Shown in pieces: positions 1-9,238 of a stretch of 64,000 nucleotides of DNA (position 1 is its first letter; each line of letters opens with the position of its first letter). The translations under genes and the position numbers were made by a program. Where the stretch lies: positions 26,287-90,286 of the forward strand of contig PLOC01000020.1 of NCBI GenBank assembly GCA_003141955.1. The letters run 5' to 3'. This DNA is from Chloroflexota bacterium. GTDB taxonomy: Bacteria; Chloroflexota; Limnocylindria; Limnocylindrales; CSP1-4. A model generated the notes under the pieces. It had not been told where the DNA came from. It did no database searches and saw only the letters and a list, made by a program, of their open reading frames with translations.

Positions 1-57
1 CGCCGCGGGTCACGACTCGGCCGAATAGTCCTGGCTCCGGGACGGTATCCTCGGGCC

Positions 58-789
58 GTGAGCAGCGACCAGTCAACGGACCAGACCGCCGCCGGACACC
101 GCCTCGTGGTGGCCGTCGACGGCCCGAGCTCCAGCGGCAAGAGCACCGTCGGCGCCGAGGTCGCGCGCCGGCTTGGCTACCGCTTCTGCGACACGGGCCT
201 GCTGTATCGCGCCGTGGCCTGGCTGGCCGTCGAGCGCGGCATCGCCCCCGATCAAACGTCGGCGCTGGTTCCGCTGGCGGGAGAGGTGCAGCTCGTCGTC
301 GACAAGCGCGGCCGGCTTCGCCACGTGGAGGCCGCAGGTCGCGACGTGACGGTGGAAGTTCGCGGCCCCGCGGTGGATCGCGCCGTCTCGGACTACTCCA
401 AGGTGCCGGAGCTGCGGGCGGCACTGGTGCCCCGCCAGAGAGCGCTCGCCGCCGATGGCGGGATCATCATGGCCGGCCGCGACATCGGGACGGTCATCCT
501 GCCCAACGCCGATGTGAAGATCTACCTCCACGCCTCGCCCGAGGAGCGGGCGCGCCGGCGGGCCGCCCAGCGCAAGCTCGCCGCGGATGGAGCAGCAGCC
601 AGCGGGATTCTCGAGGACATGCGCCGCCGCGACACTATCGACTCGGAGCGCGAAACCGCCCCGCTGCGCAGCGCCGAGGACGCGATCGTGGTCAAGACGG
701 ACGGCAACACGTTCAAGCAGACTGTTGCGGCCGTGATTCGGACGATCAGGGAAGCCGAGGCGGCCGGAGGAGGGAATCGTGGCCGGTAG
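58..789 (+). CDS. cmk: cytidylate kinase
   Basis: 243-aa ORF with a GTG start. P-loop VAVDGPSSSGKST, plus CDTGLLYR and GRDIGTV blocks typical of Cmk. Confidence 0.9.
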   Translation: MSSDQSTDQTAAGHRLVVAVDGPSSSGKSTVGAEVARRLGYRFCDTGLLYRAVAWLAVERGIAPDQTSALVPLAGEVQLVVDKRGRLRHVEAAGRDVTVEVRGPAVDRAVSDYSKVPELRAALVPRQRALAADGGIIMAGRDIGTVILPNADVKIYLHASPEERARRRAAQRKLAADGAAASGILEDMRRRDTIDSERETAPLRSAEDAIVVKTDGNTFKQTVAAVIRTIREAEAAGGGNRGR

Positions 790-1504
790 GCGGCTGCCGT
801 TCTTCCCTCGTTTCTCGGGCGCCGTCCTTCGGGTCGCCTCAGCCTGCCTGACGCGCGTCAAACGCGAGGGCTTCGAGAACCTGCCGGAGGAGGGCCCGCT
901 CCTGGTCATCTGCAACCACGCCTCCAACGCCGACGGAATGCTGTTGATGGCCTACGTCGTGCCGGCGATGAAGCGGCCGATGGCCTGGCTCGGCAAGGAA
1001 GAAGCCCTGCGGTGGCCACTCTTCGGCTGGGCGATGAAACAGAACGGGATATTCGGAGTACGGCGCGGCGCCGGCGATCTGGAAGCGTTCAAGCTGGCCA
1101 AGCAGGTACTCGACGAGGGCCGCGTGCTGGCGATTTTCCCGGAGGGCACACGCTCGCCGAGCGGAGCCCTGCAGGAGGCGAAGGAGGGCGCCACGGTGCT
1201 GGCCGTGCGGAGCGCCGCGCCGATCCTGCCGATAGCAATCACCGGATCGCAGCGCTTCTGGCCCAGGGGCAAGTTCCTGCCGCGCCCGGGGCGGCGGATG
1301 ACGGTCAGCGTGGGGGAGCCGTTTACGCTGACGATGGCAAAGGGCGCGGACCGCCACGAATCGTTGCGGGCCGCCACGGCCGAGATGATGCGGCACGTCG
1401 CCGAGCTGCTCCCCGACGAGCAACGGGGCGTCTACGCCGGAACAGTGGACCGGGCTCGAGCGGACCAGGCCGCCGCTGGTGCGATACTTAAGCGCAATGG
1501 GTAA
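779..1504 (+). CDS. plsC: 1-acyl-sn-glycerol-3-phosphate acyltransferase family protein
   Basis: HXXXXD acyltransferase motif (NHASNAD) and FPEGTRS block. The GTG start overlaps the cmk 3' end by 11 nt. Confidence 0.8.
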   Translation: MAGRRLPFFPRFSGAVLRVASACLTRVKREGFENLPEEGPLLVICNHASNADGMLLMAYVVPAMKRPMAWLGKEEALRWPLFGWAMKQNGIFGVRRGAGDLEAFKLAKQVLDEGRVLAIFPEGTRSPSGALQEAKEGATVLAVRSAAPILPIAITGSQRFWPRGKFLPRPGRRMTVSVGEPFTLTMAKGADRHESLRAATAEMMRHVAELLPDEQRGVYAGTVDRARADQAAAGAILKRNG

Positions 1505-2462
1505 CGTTCGAGAAGTCCGCATCGCCAGACGCACGGGGTTCTGCTACGGCGTGCGCGAGGCGATCGACAAGGCGAAGGAGGCGGCGGCGGCGGGCAAGGT
1601 GACCCACACCCTCGGCCAGGTCGTCCACAACGAAGGCGTCATCGCCGCGCTGGCGGCCCAGGGGATCGAGACCGTCGACTCGCTCGACCAGGTCACCGAG
1701 GGAGCGGCGGTCGTCATCCGCGCCCACGGCGTCCGGCCGGACGTGCTTCGCAATGCCGAGGAGCGCGGCCTGGACGTGATCGACGGCACCTGCACGTGGG
1801 TGATCCAGGAACAGCGCGAGATCACGAAGCTCGTCGAGGAAGGGTACGCGATCGTGCTGCTCGGGACGCCGCGACACCCCGAGGTCGTCGGCCTGCTCGG
1901 CTTCGCTCCGGATGCGATCGTCGTCGACGAGGAGGAGGACTGGGAGCAGATCCCGCGGCGCAAGAAGATGGCGCTGCTCAGCCAGAGCACCCAGCCGCCC
2001 TGGAAGTTCGAGAAGCTGGCCGCATTCGTGGTCGGCCGCTGCCACGAGCTCAAGATCGTCAACACCGTCTGCCCGGTCACGATCCATCGCCAGCAGGACA
2101 CCATCGAAGCCGCCCGGGGGGTCGACCTGATGCTTGTCGTCGGCGGTCGATCGAGCGCGAACACCAAGGAGCTGACTCGGCTGTGCGGGATCGTCGGCAC
2201 ACGGGCAATCCAGATCGAGTCGGAGCGGGACCTGCAGGACACAGGCATCTTCGGCCACGCTCGGGTGGTGGGCGTCACCGGCGGAACCTCCACCCCGATC
2301 GAGGACCTGCGCTGCGTGGCGGAACGAGTCCTGCGCCTGGCCGGTACTCCGGAGGCGGCGGCTCGCGCCGAAGAGCTGGCCGGCGCCGCCCTGGCTGCCG
2401 CCGCTACGCCGGCGGGCCGGACCACGTCGCTGCCGGACCCACAGTTGGCTGTCGCGCACTGA
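1497..2462 (+). CDS. ispH: 4-hydroxy-3-methylbut-2-enyl diphosphate reductase
   Basis: N-terminus MGNVREVRIARRTGFCYGVREAI matches the IspH GFC(A/Y)GV start and the ORF is IspH-like throughout. An alternative GTG lies at 1479. The ATG at 1497 overlaps the plsC stop by 8 nt. Confidence 0.88.
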   Translation: MGNVREVRIARRTGFCYGVREAIDKAKEAAAAGKVTHTLGQVVHNEGVIAALAAQGIETVDSLDQVTEGAAVVIRAHGVRPDVLRNAEERGLDVIDGTCTWVIQEQREITKLVEEGYAIVLLGTPRHPEVVGLLGFAPDAIVVDEEEDWEQIPRRKKMALLSQSTQPPWKFEKLAAFVVGRCHELKIVNTVCPVTIHRQQDTIEAARGVDLMLVVGGRSSANTKELTRLCGIVGTRAIQIESERDLQDTGIFGHARVVGVTGGTSTPIEDLRCVAERVLRLAGTPEAAARAEELAGAALAAAATPAGRTTSLPDPQLAVAH

Positions 2463-2522
2463 CCGAAGCCCGCTTGCCGCCGGTTCGACGCGTCACGGCG
2501 AACGCGGTCCCATAATCCACGT

Positions 2523-4160
2523 GTGACCTCACTTCCCATCGTCGCCGTCGTCGGGCGCCCGAACGTCGGCAAGAGCACCCTCTTCAACCGCATGGTCGGC
2601 CACCGCGCGGCGATCGTGGAAGACCGCGCCCGAACCACGCGCGACCGCATTTACGGCGAGGCGGAGTGGAACGGCCGCCGCTTCATCGCGGTCGACACCG
2701 GCGGCCTGGAGATCAAGCCCGGCGACCCGATCGAGGAGAAGGTCCAGGAGCAGGCTCGAATCGCGATCGCGGAGGCGGACGCCATCGTCCTGGTGGTCGA
2801 CTCGATCTCCGGCCTCACCCCGGCCGACATCGAGGCGGCCGACTTGCTCCGGACGGCGAAGGCGCCGGTGCTGGTTGCCGCCAACAAGGCCGACAACGAC
2901 AGGCGCGAGCTCGAGGCGGCTGAGTTCTACTCCCTGGGCTGGGAGGAGACTCACGCGATCAGCGCCGCCCACGGCCGGGGAGTGGCCGATCTGCTGGACG
3001 CGATCGTGTGGGCGCTCCCGCCCGAGAGCCCCGAGGAAGTGGAGCGCAAGCGCCGCGAGGCCGAGGCCGACGACTGGGCCCGCGAGATGGCCGAGGGCCG
3101 GCTGGCGCGGGTCCGCGACGGCGACGCCGGGGCGATCGAGATCGACGGCGACGAGGCCGGTGAGAACGGCCAGCCGAGCTTCGGCGACGAGGACCAGAAG
3201 GTATCGATCGCCCTCGTGGGGCGGCCGAACGTCGGCAAGTCGAGCCTCTTCAACTCCCTCCTCGGCGAAGACCGGGCCATCGTCAGCGACATACCCGGGA
3301 CGACGCGCGACGCCATCGATACGCACTTGAGCTGGGGCCGCAGCGACATCGTCCTGATCGATACCGCGGGCCTGCGCCGCCACGGCAAAGTGGCCAGCGG
3401 CCCCGACGCGGAGCGCTACTCGACGCTGCGGGCGCTCAAGGCCGTGGACCGGGCGGACGTGGCCATCCTGATCATCGATGCCTACGAGGGCCTGACCGCC
3501 CAGGACGCCCACGTCGCCGGGTTCGTCGTGGAGGAGGGGCGTGGCCTCGTCCTCGCCCTCAACAAGTGGGATCTGCTGGCCGAGAAGACCGACCGCTCGT
3601 TCGACGAGTTCGCCACGGCGCTTCGGGCGGAGGTGCCGTTTCTGGATTTCGCTCCGATTGTCTCGATCAGCGCCAAGACGGGCCAGCGCGTCGGCAAGGC
3701 GCTGGAGCTGGCGGTGGACGTCTGGGGCGAGCGGCGCAAGCGCGTCTCGACTCCGGAGCTGAACAGGGTCCTGCGAGCGGCATCCCTGCGGCAGGCGCCG
3801 CCGGCCGGGAAGCTCGGCCCGCCCAAGATCTTCTACGCGACACAGGTGGCCGTGGCCCCGCCGACGTTCGTGTTCTTCGCGCGCCACGCCGACCAGGTGC
3901 ATTTCAGCTACAAGCGCTTCCTGGAGAACCAGCTGCGCGCCGAGTTCGGGTTCGATGGGACGCCGATCCGGCTCATCTTCCGGGAGAGGGCGAGCGATCG
4001 AGCGGGTCGGGAGAGAGACGCCGGGAGGGGGCGGCCGGCGGGCAGGCTACGCGCCGGCGGAGCGGCGCCCGGGACGCACTCCTTGCCGGCCAACAAGCCG
4101 GGGCATGGCGTCACGGGCAGCACGAGGCGCTCCACGGGCCGGCGCGGCCGGTCGGGCTGA
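2523..4160 (+). CDS. der: ribosome-associated GTPase Der (EngA)
   Basis: Two tandem GTPase domains, each with a GRPNVGKS(T/S) P-loop and DT(G/A)G, followed by a KH-like C-terminal domain. A 56-aa Arg/Gly-rich tail follows the conserved IRLIFRER end. Confidence 0.92.
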   Translation: MTSLPIVAVVGRPNVGKSTLFNRMVGHRAAIVEDRARTTRDRIYGEAEWNGRRFIAVDTGGLEIKPGDPIEEKVQEQARIAIAEADAIVLVVDSISGLTPADIEAADLLRTAKAPVLVAANKADNDRRELEAAEFYSLGWEETHAISAAHGRGVADLLDAIVWALPPESPEEVERKRREAEADDWAREMAEGRLARVRDGDAGAIEIDGDEAGENGQPSFGDEDQKVSIALVGRPNVGKSSLFNSLLGEDRAIVSDIPGTTRDAIDTHLSWGRSDIVLIDTAGLRRHGKVASGPDAERYSTLRALKAVDRADVAILIIDAYEGLTAQDAHVAGFVVEEGRGLVLALNKWDLLAEKTDRSFDEFATALRAEVPFLDFAPIVSISAKTGQRVGKALELAVDVWGERRKRVSTPELNRVLRAASLRQAPPAGKLGPPKIFYATQVAVAPPTFVFFARHADQVHFSYKRFLENQLRAEFGFDGTPIRLIFRERASDRAGRERDAGRGRPAGRLRAGGAAPGTHSLPANKPGHGVTGSTRRSTGRRGRSG

Positions 4161-4247
4161 GGGCCTCGCGGTGAGCGTCATGCCGGGGCGTCCGAACTCG
4201 GCGGCCGGGCTGGGGCCCTTCCCGGGTCTGCTATGCTGTCGGCCGAT

Positions 4248-4324
4248 CGGGGCGTGGCGCAGCCTGGTAGCGCACCTGAATGGGGTTCAGGAGGCCGAGC
4301 GTTCGAATCGCTCCGCCCCGACCA
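4248..4324 (+). tRNA. tRNA-Pro (anticodon GGG)
   Basis: Hand-folded cloverleaf. Acceptor CGGGGCG/CGCCCCG, D stem GCGC, anticodon stem CCTGA/TCAGG with loop AT-GGG-GT, T loop TTCGAAT. CCA is encoded. Confidence 0.9.
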
Positions 4325-4341
4325 TCTTCTGAGCGTGAAAT

Positions 4342-4375
4342 GGCCCCCGGAGGCGACTCCGAGGGCCTTCTGATT
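4342..4375. terminator. candidate hairpin terminator between tRNA-Pro and the convergent flavodoxin-like gene
   Basis: Stem GGCCCCCGGAG / CTCCGAGGGCC (11 bp, 1 mismatch) with a GCGA loop, followed by TTCTGATT. Confidence 0.35.
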
Positions 4376-4458
4376 CGGGGTCTGTCCCTTAGCCGTCCCT
4401 GCTCGCTCCGCGGAGACATGACGAGAAACTGGCCGGCCCACGAGCGTCGGCGGGTTCG

Positions 4459-4956
4459 TTACACCTGCGCGTGCGCCAGCTCGGCGCCCCAACGGCGCGC
4501 TCGCTCGAGCTCTCCGTCACGAAGCGGCCCCCACTTACCCTTCACGACGAAACGCTGCCCCTTCATGACCGCGCGGTAGCCCGCCTGCTCCAGGCCCCGC
4601 GCGATCGCGGAGGTCGACCCGCCCGGGGACCAACGGAGACCGGTCTCGAATGCGGCAAAGGCGCCATGTCCGGGCGGGAGCGCCTCGAGCCACGAGCGCA
4701 TCGATGGATGGGAAAGGTCTGGCGGTCTGGGCGCCCCGGCCGGGTTGGAGGCGATGCTGTCGCGCATCCGGTCGGACGGGAGCTGGAAGCCCAGTACAGT
4801 AGCACCGGCGACGATGAGGTCCACATCGGCCATCGCCGGCCCCGAGGCCTCCGCGGTGGACAGTGAACGGACCTCGGGTCCCATGCCTTCAGCCACGGCG
4901 CGAGCAACGGCCGCGGTGTTGCCCCAGAGGGACTCATAGACCACGACCGCTTTCAT
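4459..4956 (-). CDS. flavodoxin-like fold family protein
   Basis: MKAVVVYESLWGNTAAVARAVAEG is a flavodoxin-type N-terminal beta-strand plus phosphate-binding loop. The start is taken at the internal ATG (4956) of the 215-aa track ORF. Confidence 0.7.
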   Translation of the reverse strand: MKAVVVYESLWGNTAAVARAVAEGMGPEVRSLSTAEASGPAMADVDLIVAGATVLGFQLPSDRMRDSIASNPAGAPRPPDLSHPSMRSWLEALPPGHGAFAAFETGLRWSPGGSTSAIARGLEQAGYRAVMKGQRFVVKGKWGPLRDGELERARRWGAELAHAQV

Positions 4957-5305
4957 CGGCAGCTCCAACTGCTTGGCATCCGAGCTACACGCTTGGCTCC
5001 GGCGGGCCGAACATGCCACACGGAGGGAACTCGCGGTAGGGCTGGAGGGCCCGCCACTATCGCGTGCCCAAGGCGGCCGAGCCTGCCGCCGAACTGTCGC
5101 GATCATTCTGCCGTAGTGGACGTGATTCCGACCGACTCAGTACGGAGCATGACTCTGCCCTCGGGCGAGAAGATCGGCCACCGAGGGTCGAGACTATCCC
5201 GCCGGTTGGCTGCCGGAAGCCGCCTGAAGTGCCATTGGCTCTGGGGGCCAGAGGGTCCACCATTCAGATAAGCCAAATTCGGCAGTGCATTCATTGAGGT
5301 TTCAC

Positions 5306-5449
5306 ATGTTTCTTCGCAAGACTGAAGGCCAGGGCCTCGCAGAGTACGCCCTGATCCTCGCGCTCATCGCCATCCTGGCAATCACCGCCCTGATCTTCCT
5401 CAGTGGCCAGATCAACACGATCCTGAGCACAATCGGCAAGGCTCTGTAA
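5306..5449 (+). CDS. flp: Flp/Fap family type IVb pilin (prepilin)
   Basis: 47-codon ORF, too short for the ORF track: MFLRKTEGQGLAEYALILALIAILAITALIFLSGQINTILSTIGKAL. It has the G-x4-EY Flp processing motif followed by a hydrophobic helix. GAGG lies 6 nt upstream of the ATG and a strong terminator lies downstream. Confidence 0.75.
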   Translation: MFLRKTEGQGLAEYALILALIAILAITALIFLSGQINTILSTIGKAL

Positions 5450-5469
5450 CCGTCATCAGGGCCATTGGG

Positions 5470-5506
5470 ACCGGGTCGCGCACGACGCGACCCGGTTCTT
5501 GTTTGT
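5470..5506 (+). terminator. intrinsic terminator downstream of flp
   Basis: Perfect 11-bp stem ACCGGGTCGCG / CGCGACCCGGT with loop CACGA, followed by TCTTGTTTGT. Confidence 0.65.
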
Positions 5507-5589
5507 CGGCGCTGGTCGGTTCCGCGATCCGCGGCACGTAACCGGTCGATCCGGGTCTATCGGGCATCCCAGGGTAAACTCGATCGCGC

Positions 5590-7182
5590 ATGGTCGGCCG
5601 AACCGGCCGAGCCAACCCTGGACGAGTGACGATCGTGGACGAACCGACCGGGCGCCCCGCCAAACGCAAGGCCGAAGCGGGGCTGCTGGACGAACAGCAG
5701 CGATCCGGCGTGGGCGACATGGCGCCGGAGGATTTTCGGACAGCCGCGCACGCGGCCGTCGACATCATGGCCGACTACCTGGCGGGGGTGGGGGAGCGGG
5801 ACGTGATGCCGGCCGTCGAGCCGGGCACGCTGCGGCCGCTCTTCCCGGCCGCGCCTCCCGAGTCGCCCGATCCGATCGAGACCATCATCGCGGACTACCA
5901 GCGCCTGATCGAACCGAACGTCACGCACTGGCAGCACCCGCGCTTTTTGGCGTATTTCAGCAGCGCCGCATCCGGGCCGGGCATCATTGGCGAGATGCTG
6001 ACGGCGGTCCTCAACTCGAACGTAATGCTGTGGCGTACAAGTCCCGCCGGGACCGAGCTGGAAGAAGTGGTGGTCGACTGGTTCCGCCAGGCCCTCGGGC
6101 TGCCCGTGGCGTTCGACGGCCTGCTGACCGACACGGCGTCCACGTCGTCGCTCCTGGCTCTGGCCGCGGCCCGCCAGGCGGCCGGCATAGATGCCGCCGC
6201 CAGGGGCTTGCCCGGCCGGGCGGACGTTCCGAAGCTGCGCGTGTACGCCTCGGAAGAAGCTCACTCGTCGATCGAGAAGGCCGCCATGACGCTCGGGCTC
6301 GGGCGGTCCGGGCTGACGAGGATCCCGACGAACGATCGCTTCGAGCTTCGGCTGGACGCCCTCGAGAGCGCCATCGCGGCCGACAGGAAGGCCGGCGTCC
6401 AGCCCATCGCGCTGGTCGGGACGATCGGCACGACCTCGACCACTTCCATCGATCCGATCCTGGGCATGGCAGACATCGCCGCTCGCGAGGGCATCTGGCT
6501 GCACGTCGATGCTGCTCACGCCGGTGCGGTGGCGTTGATCCCGGAACGCCGCGGCCAGTTCGCAGGTTGGGAGCGGGCGGATTCGGTAGTCACGAACCCG
6601 CACAAGTGGTTCTTCGCGCCCGTGGACGCTTCAGTCCTGCTGACGACGCGAATGCCGGTTCTGCGCGACGCCTTCAGCCTGGTGCCGGAGTACCTGCGCA
6701 CCCTGGATCGCGAAGGCCCCATCCGCGACTACAACGAGTACACGCCGACGCTTGGCCGGCGCTTCCGGGCGCTGAAGCTGTGGATGCTGCTCCGCTATTT
6801 CGGCATCGAAGGTCTGCGCCGAAGGATCGCCTACCACCTGGAGCTGGGCGAGCGTTTCAGCAGCTGGATCGACGGGGCGCTCGATTTCGAACGCCTGGCG
6901 CCGGTCCCGTTCTCCACGATCTGCTTCCGCTATCGGCCCGCCTCGCTGGCAGACCGGGAAGACGAGCCCGCGATCGCCGAGGAGCTCGATCGGGTGAACG
7001 TGGCCCTCATGGACGCGATCAACCGGACCGGCCAGGTCTTCCTGTCGCACACCCGGCTGCGGGGCCGCTTCACGATTCGAGTGGCGCTGGCCAATCTTCG
7101 GATGGAAGATTCGGACCTCGACATGGTCTGGGAGATCATCCGGCGCGAGGCCGCAGCGCTGACCGTTTCGGCGCTGCCTTGA
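5590..7182 (+). CDS. pyridoxal-dependent (group II) amino-acid decarboxylase, aromatic-L-amino-acid decarboxylase-like
   Basis: Group II decarboxylase architecture with the PLP-lysine motif TNPHKWFFAP. A likelier start is the ATG at 5719 (MAPEDFRTAAHAAVD). Confidence 0.85.
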   Translation: MVGRTGRANPGRVTIVDEPTGRPAKRKAEAGLLDEQQRSGVGDMAPEDFRTAAHAAVDIMADYLAGVGERDVMPAVEPGTLRPLFPAAPPESPDPIETIIADYQRLIEPNVTHWQHPRFLAYFSSAASGPGIIGEMLTAVLNSNVMLWRTSPAGTELEEVVVDWFRQALGLPVAFDGLLTDTASTSSLLALAAARQAAGIDAAARGLPGRADVPKLRVYASEEAHSSIEKAAMTLGLGRSGLTRIPTNDRFELRLDALESAIAADRKAGVQPIALVGTIGTTSTTSIDPILGMADIAAREGIWLHVDAAHAGAVALIPERRGQFAGWERADSVVTNPHKWFFAPVDASVLLTTRMPVLRDAFSLVPEYLRTLDREGPIRDYNEYTPTLGRRFRALKLWMLLRYFGIEGLRRRIAYHLELGERFSSWIDGALDFERLAPVPFSTICFRYRPASLADREDEPAIAEELDRVNVALMDAINRTGQVFLSHTRLRGRFTIRVALANLRMEDSDLDMVWEIIRREAAALTVSALP

Positions 7183-7226
7183 GCGCGGGCCAAGGCGCTG
7201 CCACCCCGGAGCGGTACGATTGACGC

Positions 7227-7940
7227 GTGAATCTCCCATTTGCCCACATGATCGGCACCGTCCTCGTGGTGCTTGCCACGCCGTGTGTCGCCGTGGCCGT
7301 AGCCGTGCTCCTCTTTCTCAACCCGATCTGGGTGGGCTTCGATCAGGGCAGAAGTGACGTGGCCCAACTGACGGGGTATACGCCCGCGCAGGTCAGCCAG
7401 GTCACCGGCAGCATCCTCTCGGATCTCGTCTTCGGGCCGCCGAACTTCGACGTCACGGTCAACGGGGCGCCGGTCCTCGATGTCCACGAACGGAGCCACA
7501 TGGCGGATGTTCGCAACGTGCTCATGGATCTTGGGCTGGTGGCACTCCTGGCCGCCCTGATCCTGGTGGCAACAGGACTGGCGAGCCGGGGCGCGTGGTG
7601 GTTCTGGCGGGCCGTCCAGGCGGGCGGCAAGGTGCTCGTTTGCGGCGTTGTGGTGGTCGGGCTCGCCTTCGGGTTCTTCTTCGACCAGGCTTTCCTCCTC
7701 TTCCATGAGATTTTCTTCGCGCCCGGTACCTATATGTTTGACGTCCGGACGGAGAAGCTCGTCCAGCTGTTCCCGGATCAGTTTTGGTCCGAGACGAGCG
7801 TCGCCATCGCGGTCGCCGTCCTGGCGTTGGCTCTCATCGTCGTCTTTGCGGCGGGTCGAGTCGCCGGGCGTGCGGCGGTCGCCGCCCCGACGTCACGGGC
7901 TGCGTTGCCGGCGTTGACGCCGCCTGGCGGCTCGCAATGA
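7227..7940 (+). CDS. DUF1461/TIGR01906-like integral membrane protein
   Basis: Polytopic membrane protein with the blocks ERSHMADVRNV and FHEIFFAPGTYMFD...LVQLFPDQFW, which I recognise from this family. This is a family call from memory, not a search. Confidence 0.65.
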   Translation: MNLPFAHMIGTVLVVLATPCVAVAVAVLLFLNPIWVGFDQGRSDVAQLTGYTPAQVSQVTGSILSDLVFGPPNFDVTVNGAPVLDVHERSHMADVRNVLMDLGLVALLAALILVATGLASRGAWWFWRAVQAGGKVLVCGVVVVGLAFGFFFDQAFLLFHEIFFAPGTYMFDVRTEKLVQLFPDQFWSETSVAIAVAVLALALIVVFAAGRVAGRAAVAAPTSRAALPALTPPGGSQ

Positions 7941-9217
7941 ACTCCGGGGTCCCGCTGGGCCGCGTGTTCGGGACCGAGATCCGAGCCCATTGGACGTGGA
8001 TATTCCTTCTCGCGCTCATCACCGTCGTCCTCGGGGAGGGATTGGCGGCTCAGGCGACCACGAGCAGTGAGACGGCCTGGGCGTGGGGCTCGGCGATTGT
8101 CACGGCCCTGCTCGTCTTTGGATCTGTTACCGTCCACGAGCTCGCCCACGTCGTCATCGCGCGGCGCAATGGCATAGGCGGCAGCGTGGTCGTGATCCAG
8201 CTGCTCGGCGGCACGTACTTGATGGAAGCTCGACCTCGGAACTGGGGTCAGGAGCTCAGGGCTGCGCTGGCCGGGCCGTTCGTCAGCGTCGTGCTCGTGC
8301 TGGCGTTCGGCACGATCGCCGGGGTGCTGGAGGTTGGCTGGGGCAGCGCGAGCAACGTTCCGGACAGCGTCGCGGCCGTGAGCTTCGTGTGCGACGTGCT
8401 GGCGCTGTTCAACCTCTTCATGGCGGTGACCAATCTGATCCCGGGGTACCCGATGGACGGGGCTCGGATCGTCCACGCAATCGCGTGGGCGAGATCCGGC
8501 CGCGACGAAGTCGCGACCATGGTCGCGAGCCGGGTCGGCCGGATCGTCGGCTTTGCCGTCATGGCCCTGGGTGTCAGCGTGATCGTCTTCGTTGATCTCT
8601 GGCCCGGGCTGGCGCTGATGGTCGCCGGGTGGCTGCTCGTGGGTTCGAGCCGACTCCTCGACCGCCGGCTCTTTCTCCAGGGCCTCATGGCGGGCGCGCA
8701 CGTCTCCGACGCGGCCGACTCTGATCCGGCCCGAATCCCGCCGCAGCTGACCCTCGACGTGTTCGCCGGAGAGTACCTGGGCGAGCGGCTGGGCGCTGCC
8801 GCCCTGGTGGAGCGCGGCGAGGAGCTGCTGGGGCTGATAGGCACGGCGCAGATACGGCGGATACCGCGCCGCAACTGGCCGGCGATGCGGACGGAGCAGG
8901 CCATGGTCCCGCTGCGGAGCGTGCCCTGGGCGCGCGGCGACTCTGATCTGTGGCCGGCCCTGGAGGTTCTGGAGCGCTCCGGCCTGGATGGCCTGCTGAT
9001 CGGAACCGGCGAGCACGTCTCGGCCCTGCTGACGCGTCAGTCGATCTCGCGCCTGATCCGCGAGCGAGCCGCGCAGCAGGCTCTCGCGTCGCGGGCGCTG
9101 CTCCAGATCGCCCGGCTTCCCGGGCGACGACTGCCTCCCGGGCCGCCGCCGCCGGGTCCGCCGGAGGGACCCGAGGATGCCACGGATTCCTCCTCGGACG
9201 AGTCCGGCGACCGATGA
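7937..9217 (+). CDS. M50 family (site-2 protease-like) metalloprotease with C-terminal CBS-like region
   Basis: HELAH zinc motif in a TM helix and a second motif NLIPGYPMDG. The start is taken at the ATG 7937, in an ATGA overlap with the upstream stop. Confidence 0.82.
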   Translation: MNSGVPLGRVFGTEIRAHWTWIFLLALITVVLGEGLAAQATTSSETAWAWGSAIVTALLVFGSVTVHELAHVVIARRNGIGGSVVVIQLLGGTYLMEARPRNWGQELRAALAGPFVSVVLVLAFGTIAGVLEVGWGSASNVPDSVAAVSFVCDVLALFNLFMAVTNLIPGYPMDGARIVHAIAWARSGRDEVATMVASRVGRIVGFAVMALGVSVIVFVDLWPGLALMVAGWLLVGSSRLLDRRLFLQGLMAGAHVSDAADSDPARIPPQLTLDVFAGEYLGERLGAAALVERGEELLGLIGTAQIRRIPRRNWPAMRTEQAMVPLRSVPWARGDSDLWPALEVLERSGLDGLLIGTGEHVSALLTRQSISRLIRERAAQQALASRALLQIARLPGRRLPPGPPPPGPPEGPEDATDSSSDESGDR

Positions 9218-9238
9218 GCATGGATAGGTGAGGGCCTG

